Assembly: GCA_002839445.1 (NCBI GenBank) | Contig: PGYB01000001.1 | Coordinates: 282,735-346,734 of the forward strand | DNA from: Candidatus Riflebacteria bacterium HGW-Riflebacteria-1 | GTDB lineage: Bacteria; Muiribacteriota; Ozemobacteria; Ozemobacterales; Ozemobacteraceae | Reading direction: 5' to 3' | Length of the DNA stretch: 64,000 nucleotides | Shown: piece by piece, positions 26,949 to 38,007 of the stretch | How the letters are laid out: every line of letters begins with the position of its first letter | Numbering within the stretch: the stretch's first letter is position 1 | Position numbers and translations under genes: made by a program | Notes under the pieces: generated by a model | What the model was told of the DNA's origin: nothing | Database searches by the model: none | Seen by the model: the letters and a program-made list of their open reading frames with translations, nothing else

Positions 26949-27784
26949 TGCAATCAATGAAAAAACTTTTAAAATCTACTTTACTGCTGTTCTGCTGCCT
27001 GATCACGATTAGCTCGTCTTCCGGTGCCACTGAAAGCGCCAGAATAATTTCTCTGGTGCCCTCGCAGACCGAGCTACTTTTCCATATGGGTCTTGGCAAT
27101 CTGGTTGTTGGCACTTCAGACTACTGCAACTACCCAGAAGAGGCCAGAAACAGACCAAGAATTGGTGCATTAGAGCTGAATATCGAACGCATAATGTCTC
27201 TGCGCCCCACCCTGCTTGTTGATGTAAACAGCATGCACAAAAAGTACGAAATGCTGTTCGCGCAGCTTGGGCTTAATTATCTCAACTTTACAGTTACCCG
27301 TCTTGATCAGCTGCCGAAGATGGCTGAAGAACTCACCCGGATTATCGGCCGCCCCGAAAAAGGCCTGGAGTTTGCCATGTCCTGGCGAAAGCAGACAGCT
27401 GAGATGACCGGTCAGCAGAGTTCCAGCATGCCAAAAGTGTATTTTGAGATCTGGGACACACCCTTGCAGGCAGCAGGTGGCAGCAGTTATATCGGCGACA
27501 TGATCAAGGCAGCCGGAGGAGAAAACATACTCAGCGATCCGGTTGATTTTCCTGTGGTCAACCCTGAAACCATTATTCAGGGTAATCCTGACGTGATCAT
27601 AATTGCTTACCCGCTACCCGACCCGATATCTCTTGAGACCAGGCCAGGCTGGCAAAATCTCCGGGCAGTAAAAAATCATCAGATCCATATTCTAGACCAG
27701 GACCCCTTCATCAGGCCTGGCCCGCGTAATATCGAAGCTCTGCTGCAGCTGAAGAAAATTTTCGATAGTGCCTGCCGACGCTAG
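26948..27784 (+). CDS. periplasmic substrate-binding protein, BtuF/FhuD-like (Peripla_BP_2)
   Basis: Signal peptide, RIISLVPSQTELLFHMGLGNLVVGTSDYCNYP...RIMSLRPTLLVD. No cobalamin riboswitch seen upstream. Confidence 0.7.
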   Translation: MQSMKKLLKSTLLLFCCLITISSSSGATESARIISLVPSQTELLFHMGLGNLVVGTSDYCNYPEEARNRPRIGALELNIERIMSLRPTLLVDVNSMHKKYEMLFAQLGLNYLNFTVTRLDQLPKMAEELTRIIGRPEKGLEFAMSWRKQTAEMTGQQSSSMPKVYFEIWDTPLQAAGGSSYIGDMIKAAGGENILSDPVDFPVVNPETIIQGNPDVIIIAYPLPDPISLETRPGWQNLRAVKNHQIHILDQDPFIRPGPRNIEALLQLKKIFDSACRR

Positions 27785-27815
27785 CGCGCCGCAATTTTGC
27801 TCAGGGGTTTATAAC

Positions 27816-29030
27816 ATGAAGGTTCACAGAATGCTTTATCTGCTTGCTTTTCTGACTGTCTGGCAATTTGCCGGCAATGAATTGCGCTGCGAAGCCGAGA
27901 CACTGCATGAAAAACTCTGGGTTAAGCTTGTGGTCGCAAGTGACACTGCCGATTTTCGCATCAATCTTCCGCATGATGGCTGTCTGTCGATCTTATCAAC
28001 TGTTCCAGGCCGCAAACAGAGAGATGTTTTGTGGGGACCGCGCATCATGAAGAAGGGCACCTATCGTCTACCCCTGCCTGCCGGACGCGTAGCAAATCGT
28101 TCAGGCTCGGTTGAGCTGTTCAATATTGAGATTTACGAAAGTCAGCAGACCGGATCGCGAGGAAGCGGTGAACGCCAGTTCAACAACCCGTCAGGAGTTG
28201 ATTTCGACACGGTTAAGGGCGAGATTCTTATCGCCGACACTGGGAATGACCGCATAGTCAGGCTGGCCAAAGACGGCAGGTTCATTGCCCAACATGGGGG
28301 TTTTGGCCTGTCATTCGGCGACAAAAGCGAAGAACGCGAAGACAGTCTCGACGATCCTTACGACGTTGCTGTCGGCGGGTTTTCTAACTTCTACGTATCT
28401 GACCACAATAACGAGAGAATCTGCATATTCGACTCTTATCGCAGTTATAAGGGCACACTTTTCCCCAAAAAAGATGACCGCAGAAATCGTTTAAGCAGGC
28501 CGCGAGGCATCAAGGTTGACAGCGAAAACAACATCTGGGTAGTTGAAGGCAGGGCTGACCGGGTGCTCAAGATTTCGCCTTCAGGCGACAAATTATTCGA
28601 GGTCGGCGGTTTTGGCTGGAGCGCGCAGCAGCTCAAAGATCCAACCCAGATTGATATCAGCAGCGGCGGCGAAATCTATATAGCTGATCGCGGCAAGGGG
28701 AGAATAGCTATTTTTGATCGCCTGGGCTCATTTATCGGCGAGATCAAAGATCATCTCAAATCGCCGGCGGGCGTGGCAATAGACGAAGACGGCCTGATTC
28801 TGGTCTGCGACGATCAGACCAACGAACTGGGACTATACACGCCGCAAGGCATCAGATTACGCCATCTTGGCGAGTGTGATGGCACAAGTTTTCGCCGACC
28901 AGCAGACATCACTGTTACCAGCAGCGAAATCTACATGGCGGACAGCGGCAATCATAGAATACTTACTTTTCAACGAAAAAAAACCGGCAGCAGTGTAGCT
29001 TGGCAAGCAACCCCGGCTGTGTTAGAATAG
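27816..29030 (+). CDS. NHL-repeat secreted protein
   Basis: Signal peptide, then six NHL-like repeats (ADTGNDRIVRL, SDHNNERICIFD, ADRGKGRIAIFD, ADSGNHRILTF). Confidence 0.65.
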   Translation: MKVHRMLYLLAFLTVWQFAGNELRCEAETLHEKLWVKLVVASDTADFRINLPHDGCLSILSTVPGRKQRDVLWGPRIMKKGTYRLPLPAGRVANRSGSVELFNIEIYESQQTGSRGSGERQFNNPSGVDFDTVKGEILIADTGNDRIVRLAKDGRFIAQHGGFGLSFGDKSEEREDSLDDPYDVAVGGFSNFYVSDHNNERICIFDSYRSYKGTLFPKKDDRRNRLSRPRGIKVDSENNIWVVEGRADRVLKISPSGDKLFEVGGFGWSAQQLKDPTQIDISSGGEIYIADRGKGRIAIFDRLGSFIGEIKDHLKSPAGVAIDEDGLILVCDDQTNELGLYTPQGIRLRHLGECDGTSFRRPADITVTSSEIYMADSGNHRILTFQRKKTGSSVAWQATPAVLE

Positions 29031-29062
29031 CGCTACAAGAATAAATAGCAGGAGCGCAATCA

Positions 29063-30037
29063 TTGAATCACCGTAAACTTCGAGTATTATGCTGCCTAAT
29101 ATTGGGCATGTCGCTCTTAATTATGCAAACCGGCTGTAGCAAAAAAAAGTCGCGGCCTTCAAAGCAGACGGTGAAGCTGTCTGAATCAACAAAGACTATC
29201 GCCCTTGAAGACCTGATGCCTAAGGCCAAATCTGTTACCGGCAAACTCAAATCGCATGTAGCTGAGAAGGTTCAGAACGAATACATGTATGGCACTCTTG
29301 CCGGCCAGTATGGAAAATTTGACACCGCCGAGAAATATCTGCGCAAAGCTATACGCATGGAGCCCCTGCTGATAGAAGCGCACCATAATCTTGGCCTCGC
29401 CTGTTACAAGCAGGGCCGAATCGACGAGGCTGTCGCGTCTTGGCGGCGCACTCTTGAGCTGGCGCCCAATTACGCAGAAACCTACTATAACCTGTCTATT
29501 TTTCTCTTTGACATGGGCCGCGAAGAAGATGGAATCAAAATGCTCAACACATGTATACGCTACGAGGCTTTTCATCTGAAGAGTCGCTACGCGTTGGGGC
29601 GCATAATGCAGCGCCGCGGGCAGAGCAAAGAAGCTATCAGGCACTTTCGTGCCTATCAGAGTCGTGATAAAGGCGACGTCAAAGTGCTGATCGCTCTGGG
29701 CGAACTTTATCTTATCGAAGGCCAACTTGATGCATCCCTCAAAGAATTTGAGACTGCTGCCAGAATTGACGACAAAAATCCCAACGTGCAGTATCAGCTG
29801 GGCGTAGCCTATCATCGCAGAGGCCTGCTTGATCAGGCGATACTGAACTATCGCCGGGCTGCCGAGTTATCGCCAAATCATGTTGATGCCTATATCAATC
29901 TTGGTGATATTTATTCAAGCCGCAATGAGCTTGCCTCGGCGCTTGCTTCCTACAACACTGCACTTGCCATTAACCCGACGAACAGTTACGCATCACGCAA
30001 GGCAAAACAGGCTGAAGCAAAGCTTCTGGACAAATAA
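29063..30037 (+). CDS. TPR-repeat lipoprotein
   Basis: Lipobox MQTGCS, TPR units (AHHNLGLACYKQGRIDEAV...). Confidence 0.6.
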   Translation: MNHRKLRVLCCLILGMSLLIMQTGCSKKKSRPSKQTVKLSESTKTIALEDLMPKAKSVTGKLKSHVAEKVQNEYMYGTLAGQYGKFDTAEKYLRKAIRMEPLLIEAHHNLGLACYKQGRIDEAVASWRRTLELAPNYAETYYNLSIFLFDMGREEDGIKMLNTCIRYEAFHLKSRYALGRIMQRRGQSKEAIRHFRAYQSRDKGDVKVLIALGELYLIEGQLDASLKEFETAARIDDKNPNVQYQLGVAYHRRGLLDQAILNYRRAAELSPNHVDAYINLGDIYSSRNELASALASYNTALAINPTNSYASRKAKQAEAKLLDK

Positions 30038-30039
30038 GC

Positions 30040-30300
30040 TTGAGACTTTTAAAGAACACCGAACCCAGGCGCAAAAAGCACCTCAGTCCAGGCGAAAAAA
30101 CCAGACTGGCAATACTTAGCAACCGCCTCAAAGTTACCCGTGAGGAAGCAGAGCGGTTGTTAGCCGGAATTGAAGCTGAAGTTGCTTCTGTTCTCGGCAT
30201 ACCAGCCACAGCGGTGGGCACAGAAACGGAATTTGCCGGCCGCGATCTTGACCTGATCCTCACTATCAACAAACAGAACATACCCCGGAAAAATCAATGA
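30040..30300 (+). CDS. small hypothetical protein (TTG start), tightly coupled between the TPR and radical-SAM genes
   Basis: 86-aa ORF with gaps of 2 bp upstream and -4 bp downstream. No recognisable motif. Confidence 0.3.
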   Translation: MRLLKNTEPRRKKHLSPGEKTRLAILSNRLKVTREEAERLLAGIEAEVASVLGIPATAVGTETEFAGRDLDLILTINKQNIPRKNQ

Positions 30301-32015
30301 AGAATGTCACAGAATCAATCACGCACTGGGAGTTACTCGAGATCGAAAAACCGGCCCGTTATCTGGGTGGCGAGGTTAATCAGGCAAAGATAAAGACAAA
30401 CCCGACTTTGCGCGTGTGTCTGGTTTTTCCAGACCTTTACGAACTGGGCATGTCGAACCTCGCTCTCAAGATATTTTATGAGACGCTGAACAATCACCCG
30501 CAAATAATGGCTGAACGAGCTTTTTCGCCATGGCCAGACTTTGAGGGGCTGTTAAGAAGAAAAGATCTGCCGCTTTACTCGCTCGAAACCGGCACGCCAC
30601 TGCATGATTTTGACGCACTGCTGGTTACGCTGCCCTACGAGATGACCTTTACCAACGTGCTCAATCTTCTTGATCTCGGTAAAGTTCCTCTGCAATGGCG
30701 CGAGCGCGAGCAGGGACCTATAGTTATCGGCGGCGGGCCATCAGCATCAAATCCCCTGCCAATGGCGATGTTCATGGATGCGATACTGATTGGCGACGGC
30801 GAAGAAGCAATTATCGAAATCTGCGAATCGCTTATAAAGACAAAAAATTCAGGTGCTGATCGTTCGAGCATTCGCAAAGAGCTCGCGTTAATTCAGGGGA
30901 TGTGGGTGCCAGAATTTGCCGGCCCGGTAAAAAAGCGGGTATTTAAGGGATTTGCCAACAGCGCACCACCGGTTAAGCCGCCAGTTCCGAATGTGCAGGC
31001 GACTCACAACCGGGCAGTGCTCGAAATATTTCGTGGCTGCATGCAGGGCTGCCGTTTCTGTAACGCCGGCTTTTATTACCGGCCAAAACGCGAACGCCCG
31101 GTAGAAAACCTGGTGGACTATGCCAGACAACTGCTGCACAATACCGGTGAAGAGTCATTGGGCCTGCTTTCACTCTCGACATCGGATTATTGCCGGCTCA
31201 ACGAACTTATAACAGCGCTCGACCAGCAAAAACTTTTTCCCGAACAGAACATTTCGATTCCATCGCTGCGCATGAATGAGAGCACGATGAGCCTTCTTGA
31301 TTCGACGCCACAGGTGCGCAAAGGTGGTTTGACTTTTGCGCCCGAAGCCGGCAGTCAGAGGCTGCGTAACGTCATCAACAAAAACATAACTGAAGAAGAT
31401 ATTATCAGCGTTATGCGCTCGACCAGCGGCTCAGACTACAGAACCGTCAAGCTTTATTTTATGATGGGTCTGCCATTTGAGACTGACGAAGATGTTGAAG
31501 CAATAGTCGACCTGGTGAAGAAGCTTGAGGCAATTGGGCGCGCCTGCCGGCCACGCAAACAAATTTCTTTGAGCCTGTCAGGGTTTGTACCAAAACCATT
31601 TACGCCGTTTCAATGGGCTGCCCAGGCCGATATGTCTGAGCTTCGCCGCAAGCGGCTGATTGTCACCCGCGGTCTCGAGCGTGGCGGCAGCAAAGTCTCA
31701 TGGCGCGAAGAGTTTTTGTGCCTGCTTGAATCAGTGCTTTCTCGTGGCGATGAGCGCGTTGGCGAACTGATTCTTAAGGCCTGGCAGCTGGGTTGCCGCT
31801 TTGACGGCTGGCATGAGCACTTTTTGCGGGAAAAATGGGAGCAGGCGTTCGCCGAAACTGGTATCGACGCGGCTAAATATCTGGGAGAGCGCCAGATCAG
31901 CGACACGCTGCCCTGGGATTTCGTCGATTTTCAGACACCGCGCGCCTATTTTGAAAAAGAGTATCTGCTGGCCGCTGCCGCCGCCCGGGAGGGAACCAAT
32001 GAATCAGCCAGCTGA
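30297..32015 (+). CDS. B12-binding-domain radical SAM protein (TIGR03960-like)
   Basis: FRGCMQGCRFCNAGF CxxxCxxC motif, 572 aa. Neighbour is DUF2344. Confidence 0.8.
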   Translation: MKNVTESITHWELLEIEKPARYLGGEVNQAKIKTNPTLRVCLVFPDLYELGMSNLALKIFYETLNNHPQIMAERAFSPWPDFEGLLRRKDLPLYSLETGTPLHDFDALLVTLPYEMTFTNVLNLLDLGKVPLQWREREQGPIVIGGGPSASNPLPMAMFMDAILIGDGEEAIIEICESLIKTKNSGADRSSIRKELALIQGMWVPEFAGPVKKRVFKGFANSAPPVKPPVPNVQATHNRAVLEIFRGCMQGCRFCNAGFYYRPKRERPVENLVDYARQLLHNTGEESLGLLSLSTSDYCRLNELITALDQQKLFPEQNISIPSLRMNESTMSLLDSTPQVRKGGLTFAPEAGSQRLRNVINKNITEEDIISVMRSTSGSDYRTVKLYFMMGLPFETDEDVEAIVDLVKKLEAIGRACRPRKQISLSLSGFVPKPFTPFQWAAQADMSELRRKRLIVTRGLERGGSKVSWREEFLCLLESVLSRGDERVGELILKAWQLGCRFDGWHEHFLREKWEQAFAETGIDAAKYLGERQISDTLPWDFVDFQTPRAYFEKEYLLAAAAAREGTNESAS

Positions 32016-32652
32016 ATACAAAACCAGAATTAATTACAGCAAGACCCGCCAGGCGCGTTACATTGCGCATCTTGACACCATTGACGTCATTTGCAAGGCT
32101 TTGCGCCGACTGCAGCTTTCGTATGCAGTCACCCAGGGCTGCCACGTCCGGCCAAAAATATCTTTCGGGCCGCCGCTGCCACTTGGTCACGCCAGCTACT
32201 GCGAATATTTCGTCATCACCCTCAATCAGGAACCTGACGTGGAATGGCTTAAAAATGCGCTTAACAAAGAGATGCCACAGGGCATGGAGGTAATATCGAT
32301 CGAGCATCCATGGAGCGATAAAAAATCGTCTGCAGGCGGCGAATGGGTGCAATATCAGCTTTATTTCAAATCGTCAGCAACGGCCGAACAGGCGCAGTCC
32401 TACCTGCTCAACCCTGATTCGTCGTTTGAAATACAGCGAAAAGGGCAGAACAAGCGCTACGTTCTCGGCAAGGCTGTGCAAAAAGCAGAATTGTCGGGGC
32501 AGGGCGACGCCTGGCTGTTGACTGCCGAATTCATTCAGGGGATCGCAGATGTGCCTTCGGTGTCGAAGATAGTCACCGCGCTTGCCGGGCACCTTGGCGC
32601 TTCCAGGGATGATTTTTATCTACTGGAAAGAACATCATTAAAAGAACTTTGA
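31999..32652 (+). CDS. DUF2344 (TIGR03936-like) radical-SAM-linked protein
   Basis: RYIAHLDTIDVICKALRRLQLSYAVTQGCHVRPKISFGPPLPLG. GGGAGG RBS. Overlaps the upstream gene by 17 bp. Confidence 0.75.
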   Translation: MNQPAEYKTRINYSKTRQARYIAHLDTIDVICKALRRLQLSYAVTQGCHVRPKISFGPPLPLGHASYCEYFVITLNQEPDVEWLKNALNKEMPQGMEVISIEHPWSDKKSSAGGEWVQYQLYFKSSATAEQAQSYLLNPDSSFEIQRKGQNKRYVLGKAVQKAELSGQGDAWLLTAEFIQGIADVPSVSKIVTALAGHLGASRDDFYLLERTSLKEL

Positions 32653-32668
32653 ACAGGAGACAGACCAA

Positions 32669-34342
32669 TTGAGTCGCAAAATATTAGTTAACATCGGCCC
32701 CTACGAATCTCGGGGCGCAATAATTGAAAATGGCAAGCTCTGTGAGCTGCTCTACGAAATTCAGGACAGCGAAAAAATAGTAGGCTGTATTTACAAGGGG
32801 CGGGTCGCCAACGTGGTATCAGGCACGCAAAGCGCCTTTGTCGACATCGGCATTCACAAGGATGCCTACCTCACGCTTACCGGCGTAGACAGCGGCGACA
32901 GTGATGACGACCTTAAAGATATCTACCGCAGTCCGATTCAGGACATGCTTAAGGTCGGGCAGGACGTGATTCTGCAAATTCTCAAAGAGCCGACGCCGAC
33001 AAAGGGACCGCGCTCGACGATGACCATTTCTTTTCCTGGCCGCTACCTGGTTTTCATGCCAAAGGTCGACCATATCGGTGTATCGCGGCGAATTCAGCAC
33101 GACCGCGAACGTGACCGTCTCAGAGCGATTGGCCGAAAAATAGCACCTAAAGGCGGTGGCGTGGTTTTTCGCACCGCATCAGAAGGTCTCGAAGAAAACG
33201 TGCTGAAAGCTGATCTTGATCTGCTGATCAAAATGTGGAACAAGGTCGAAAAGAAGATCAACAGTTCGCCACCGCGCACCATGCTGCACCGGGATATTCC
33301 GCTCACCATGAAAATTGCGCGCGACTTTTTCTCTGACGATGTCGACGAATTGATAATTGATTCAGAAGAAGGCTATCGTTCAATAATGGAAGACTGCGAG
33401 TTTCTCACTCCGCTGCAACGTGCGTCACTCGAATTATATAAGGGCAAAGAACCGCTATTTGAGAAATTCGGAATTGAAAAAGAGATAGAGCGGGCGCTCG
33501 CGCGCAAAATCTGGCTGGAATCAGGTGGCTATCTGTTCTTTGACAAGACCGAAGCGATGTACTGCATCGATGTTAACAGCGGTCGTTTTTCGGGCGGTTC
33601 AGATCTTGAAGAAACCGTATTCCGGGTAAACCTTGAAGCTGCGCGCGAAATCGCCAGACAAATCAGACTGCGCAATCTCTCGGGCATGATAATCATTGAT
33701 TTCATCGATATGGAAGCGCCATCGCATCGTTCACAGGTTCTTAAAGCGCTGCGCGAGCACTTTAAAGGCGACCGCAACAAGCCGAATATCCTCGACTTTT
33801 CTGAACTGGGCCTCGTTCAGATGACGAGAAGACGCAGCGCATCGAGTCTCGATGAGATACGCAAAGAAATGTGCCCATGCTGTCAGGGTGCCGGCAAGAT
33901 CGTTTCGGCCGCCAACATTGCCAACTGCATCCGCAAGCAGTTGAGCGAAGAAGCCAGGCGTTATCAGACCGAGAAGATAGTCATCAACGCACATCGCTTG
34001 GTTATTGATCTGCTGCGAGGTCGTGATGGCCGAGATTTGAAAGAACTTGAACGGGTAATCGAGCGCAAGCTTATTCTGAAACCGCAAAATGGCTTTGATC
34101 TTGAAGCCTGGAAGATAGAGCCGGTATTGGAGCGCGCCAGCAAAAAGCCTGAAAAGTTTCAGCCACGCGACCGCAAGTTTGACAGAAACAGAAGACCAGA
34201 GCAGGAAGCAGACGTTGCCGATAACAGCGCTGACGCTGAAGAAAATCAGACATCCGCTGAAGACTCGACTGTTGACAGCAGCAATGAAGCAGATCAGCAA
34301 AACAGTGAAGAGTTTATGCCCGACGACGATAACGATCTGTAA
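32669..34342 (+). CDS. rng: ribonuclease G/E family endoribonuclease
   Basis: S1 domain N-terminus (VGCIYKGRVANVVSGTQSAFVDIG) and catalytic core (YCIDVNSGRF, GMIIIDFIDME). Acidic C-terminal tail. Confidence 0.85.
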   Translation: MSRKILVNIGPYESRGAIIENGKLCELLYEIQDSEKIVGCIYKGRVANVVSGTQSAFVDIGIHKDAYLTLTGVDSGDSDDDLKDIYRSPIQDMLKVGQDVILQILKEPTPTKGPRSTMTISFPGRYLVFMPKVDHIGVSRRIQHDRERDRLRAIGRKIAPKGGGVVFRTASEGLEENVLKADLDLLIKMWNKVEKKINSSPPRTMLHRDIPLTMKIARDFFSDDVDELIIDSEEGYRSIMEDCEFLTPLQRASLELYKGKEPLFEKFGIEKEIERALARKIWLESGGYLFFDKTEAMYCIDVNSGRFSGGSDLEETVFRVNLEAAREIARQIRLRNLSGMIIIDFIDMEAPSHRSQVLKALREHFKGDRNKPNILDFSELGLVQMTRRRSASSLDEIRKEMCPCCQGAGKIVSAANIANCIRKQLSEEARRYQTEKIVINAHRLVIDLLRGRDGRDLKELERVIERKLILKPQNGFDLEAWKIEPVLERASKKPEKFQPRDRKFDRNRRPEQEADVADNSADAEENQTSAEDSTVDSSNEADQQNSEEFMPDDDNDL

Positions 34343-34366
34343 GCGAGGCGGCAAGAGGAGGCAACG

Positions 34367-35071
34367 ATGAGAGTAAAAACCTTTACTCTGCTGTTATTGG
34401 TTATGAGCTTGTTCACGCCGGTTCTCGGCGCAGTTGAGCTCAAATACAAATTTCGACCCGGCAACGTCTACGAATACGACCACACAGTTACCAGATCATC
34501 TAAAGTAGCTGCATTCAAGACAAACTCGAGTCAGAGCCCGATCAAAACCTCCCAGAAATTCACTTTACGCGCTATCGACTTCCAGGAAGGCGCCCACATA
34601 GTTGACGTAATCGGTGCAGGTGGCGCTTTTCGCAGATATGTTCGCGAGAACGGTGCCTTATCAGGCGCTCCCGGCGAAACCGGTGAGTCGGTGCCATTTT
34701 TGCTGTCATTTCCAGTCGGCGACTGGAAGGTGGGCGAACGGCATCAGTTGCAGCAGACTATGACGGTTGGAGCGACTTCTGTGCCGGCAACCTGGAACAT
34801 GCTGCTCAAGTCTCTTGACAATGACAAGCAGACAGCAGAAATACTATTCAACTGTTCGTTTAAATTGCCTGAAGACCGTTTGCGCCGCAAAGAATTTGCC
34901 ATGAAGGGGCGGGCAATTTTCAATTTCGAGCAGGGCATTCTGCAACAGTCAGAATGGGTAAGCACTTACCGCTTTATCTTCAGCAACCGTGAAATGGCGG
35001 TTGGCCGCGAATTATGGTTATTTGAGCACCAGAGTTCCAGCGCACTGACCTTGGCAGCGAAGAAGGATTGA
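34367..35071 (+). CDS. secreted hypothetical protein
   Basis: Signal peptide, no recognisable domain. Confidence 0.45.
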   Translation: MRVKTFTLLLLVMSLFTPVLGAVELKYKFRPGNVYEYDHTVTRSSKVAAFKTNSSQSPIKTSQKFTLRAIDFQEGAHIVDVIGAGGAFRRYVRENGALSGAPGETGESVPFLLSFPVGDWKVGERHQLQQTMTVGATSVPATWNMLLKSLDNDKQTAEILFNCSFKLPEDRLRRKEFAMKGRAIFNFEQGILQQSEWVSTYRFIFSNREMAVGRELWLFEHQSSSALTLAAKKD

Positions 35072-35074
35072 ATC

Positions 35075-36013
35075 ATGAAAAAGTTAGACAGCCTGCATCG
35101 TGAGATACGCACAATACTCCTGCTGACAGCTTTTTTTGCCGCGATCATGCCGGCTTTATCGGCACAAAGCGTGCGGCCATTTGATATCACTTCGCGCTTC
35201 AAGCTTTGGCTGCTTAACAATGAGGCGCGCGCCATGTCGTCACTCAAGTCTGACGAGATGCTGATAAGCCGTGTCAGTGCCCCTTTCGCCTTCATGCCCT
35301 TTGAATCTGCTGCGGTTGCGCAGGCAGAAGAGCGCATCTGGGCTATTCACCACAAAATATATGCTCTTGTCGATGAGCTACAGGAAATCTACAGTTTTGC
35401 CAAACATTACGGCAATGGCCGCTTCAGCATTCTTTTTAAACAGCACCGCCCGGAAATCTGGTCAGTGCTGCCCCTGCAGGTGGCGCTGCCAGGACTGATC
35501 AGCGTGGTTGCAGTTGAATATCGCAAGGCCTTTCACGCAGATCTGCTCAAAAGCCTGCAACTCGATGCCAGCCGCGACCTTGATCTTTCGGGCCGTCTGC
35601 AGCGCGCAGTTAAAAAGCTGTCTGACGAAGAATACCGTCTGTTTAATGATTATCTGGGCACATTTTCGGCTCTGTTTCCGTCTGACCCGACGGCCAGAAT
35701 CATCAGTGCCTTTATTGAAAGTGGCAGCAAAAAGCAGTTCGCGGCCGGACTCAAGGATTTTCTGCAGCCGGTTTTCACTGCACCGGTATTCAGTGATATT
35801 AATATAAGCGCGGCGCCAGTAGAACCTGACGACCCGCTTGCCGAGCTTGAAAAACTGGCAGAAATGTCGGCGGGAAGCAGCACCACTCCGGAAACAGTTT
35901 CTGAAGCGACCGCAGACGCAGACGACAGCGATATTCCTGCTCAGCCAGCTACTCCGCAAGAACTCGAACCGCCGCCACCAGGCAGCGAAGATCTGTTCAA
36001 AATCTGGGATTGA
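35075..36013 (+). CDS. secreted hypothetical protein with acidic C-terminus
   Basis: Signal peptide. Starts 4 bp after the previous gene. Confidence 0.45.
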   Translation: MKKLDSLHREIRTILLLTAFFAAIMPALSAQSVRPFDITSRFKLWLLNNEARAMSSLKSDEMLISRVSAPFAFMPFESAAVAQAEERIWAIHHKIYALVDELQEIYSFAKHYGNGRFSILFKQHRPEIWSVLPLQVALPGLISVVAVEYRKAFHADLLKSLQLDASRDLDLSGRLQRAVKKLSDEEYRLFNDYLGTFSALFPSDPTARIISAFIESGSKKQFAAGLKDFLQPVFTAPVFSDINISAAPVEPDDPLAELEKLAEMSAGSSTTPETVSEATADADDSDIPAQPATPQELEPPPPGSEDLFKIWD

Positions 36014-36028
36014 CGCTGTTAAAGCCGA

Positions 36029-37024
36029 TCAGCGGTTGTAGTAGTCTTGTAGTTTGGGCGAAGCATTGCGCAGCTTTTTGAGCGCCTTTTCTTCGACCTG
36101 ACGCACGCGCTCGCGGGTAACGCCAAGAATACGCCCGATCTCTTCGAGAGAACGCGGCACGCCGTCTTCAAGACCGAATCTCAGCTTAATCACGTTCTGT
36201 TCGCGTTCACTGAGCAAATCAAGAACGCGACAAATCTGATCGCGCAGAAGCGAGTCAACAACAGCCTCTTCCGGGCTGACCGCATCGTCATTGGTAATAT
36301 AATTTTCGAGTGAGGTGTCTTCTTTGTTACCAACAGAAACTTCGAGTGAAACTGGTTCCTGGGTGAGACGCACAACCTCTTCGATTCTTTCGATCGGCAG
36401 ATCGACCTTTTCAGAAAGTTCTTCGATAGTCGGCTCGCGCCCCTTTTCCTGAACGAAAATGCGCTGCTGCTTTCTGACTTTGTTAACTATTTCCATGATG
36501 TGAACCGGAATGCGAATAACCCTTGACTGCTCGGCAAGAGCACGGGTTATCGCCTGACGGATCCACCAGGTCGAATAGGTAGAAAACTTGTAACCGAGGG
36601 TATAGTCAAACTTATCAATCGAGCGCAGCAGGCCGAGATTGCCTTCTTGAATCAGGTCGAGAAAAAGCAGACCGCGATTTGTGTACTTTTTGGCAATGCT
36701 GACAACCAGCCGCAAGTTGGCGGTGATAAGTGCGTCGCGGGCATCCTGATCATTTTCAAGAATTCGGCGGGCAAAATCTTTTTCCTGCTCGTGAGTGGCA
36801 AGATCAAGTTTGGTCAACTGCTGCAGATAGAGCTTGACCGAATCGTCAAAAATGGCCTCTTCCTTGCGGCGTTCGCGCTCATCCTGATGGTCGAGGGGAA
36901 CATCCTCTTCTGAGCGCTTACGATAAGGGGACGCGACTTTAATATCATCGACGGCGACCTTTTTTTTGGTCTCTTTATGGTCGCCTTTGCCTTTAATGTC
37001 GCCTGCCTTAACGGTTTTAGGCAT
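36029..37024 (-). CDS. RNA polymerase sigma-70 family factor (RpoD/RpoS-like, regions 1.2-4)
   Basis: [10 protein letters not shown], region 2 ([19 protein letters not shown]...[11 protein letters not shown]), region 4 ([19 protein letters not shown]). ATG at 37024 has an AGGAG RBS. The track extension to 37087 is less likely. Confidence 0.85.
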   Translation of the reverse strand: MPKTVKAGDIKGKGDHKETKKKVAVDDIKVASPYRKRSEEDVPLDHQDERERRKEEAIFDDSVKLYLQQLTKLDLATHEQEKDFARRILENDQDARDALITANLRLVVSIAKKYTNRGLLFLDLIQEGNLGLLRSIDKFDYTLGYKFSTYSTWWIRQAITRALAEQSRVIRIPVHIMEIVNKVRKQQRIFVQEKGREPTIEELSEKVDLPIERIEEVVRLTQEPVSLEVSVGNKEDTSLENYITNDDAVSPEEAVVDSLLRDQICRVLDLLSEREQNVIKLRFGLEDGVPRSLEEIGRILGVTRERVRQVEEKALKKLRNASPKLQDYYNR

Positions 37025-37994
37025 TTTCCAGCTCCTCTTCGCAGCTGAACTTGCCCATGCTGCGAAACTTTTTATAGCGTTGTTCAATCAATTGTTCACG
37101 ACTCATACTCTTAAGTATCGGCAAATGAGCCTCAATCTGTTTGACAATTTCTTCGGCAGAGCGCTGATGATTGCGATGTGCTCCCCCTAGAGGTTCTGGA
37201 AGAATGCCATCAATGATGCCTGCTTCGAGCAGATTTTCGGCGCGAAGTTTGAGGGCATTGGCGGCCTCTTTCGCCTTGGTGGGGTCGTTCCACAGAATTG
37301 CCGCGCAGCCTTCGGCCGAAATTACCGAGTAAACCGAGAATTCGAACATGAACACGCGGTCGCCGATACCGATGGCCAGAGCGCCACCACTACCACCTTC
37401 GCCGGTGACAAAGCAGAGAATCGGCACACCGACATCAGACATCTCGGCCAGATTGCGGGCAATCGCGTCGCTCTGCCCGCGCTCTTCCGCACCTATTCCA
37501 GGAAAAGCGCCCGGGGTATCGATGAATATCACTATCGGCAAGCCAAAACGTTCAGCAGTTCGCATCATGCGCAATGCTTTGCGATAGCCCTCGGGATGCG
37601 GCATGCCAAAGTTACGAAAGATGTTCTCGTCAGTGTCATGCCCCTTCTGGTGGCCAATGATCATGACTTTATGGCTACCAATACGCCCTAATCCCGAAAC
37701 AATCGCCGAATCATCGCCAAATAGCCTGTCGCCATGCAGCTCGACAAATTCATCGCCGCACAACAGTTTAATCAGATCAAGAGTTGACGGCCGATTGATG
37801 TGGCGGGCCACCTGAGCTATCTGCCAGGGTTCGAGGCTGCCATAGACTTCGACCTTCAGGGCATCTACCTTATCGGTTATCGCCTGTATTTCGCGTGACA
37901 GGTCGACTTTGCCTGATTCAGAAATAGTCTGCAACTCTCTTATGCGTGATTCCAGTTCAGTGATTGATTTTTCGAATTCAAATTCTTTAGGCAT
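37017..37994 (-). CDS. accA: acetyl-CoA carboxylase carboxyltransferase alpha subunit
   Basis: [18 protein letters not shown]...[14 protein letters not shown], full-length AccA. Confidence 0.9.
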   Translation of the reverse strand: MPKEFEFEKSITELESRIRELQTISESGKVDLSREIQAITDKVDALKVEVYGSLEPWQIAQVARHINRPSTLDLIKLLCGDEFVELHGDRLFGDDSAIVSGLGRIGSHKVMIIGHQKGHDTDENIFRNFGMPHPEGYRKALRMMRTAERFGLPIVIFIDTPGAFPGIGAEERGQSDAIARNLAEMSDVGVPILCFVTGEGGSGGALAIGIGDRVFMFEFSVYSVISAEGCAAILWNDPTKAKEAANALKLRAENLLEAGIIDGILPEPLGGAHRNHQRSAEEIVKQIEAHLPILKSMSREQLIEQRYKKFRSMGKFSCEEELENA

Positions 37995-38007
37995 GTTAGC
38001 TCCCGGC

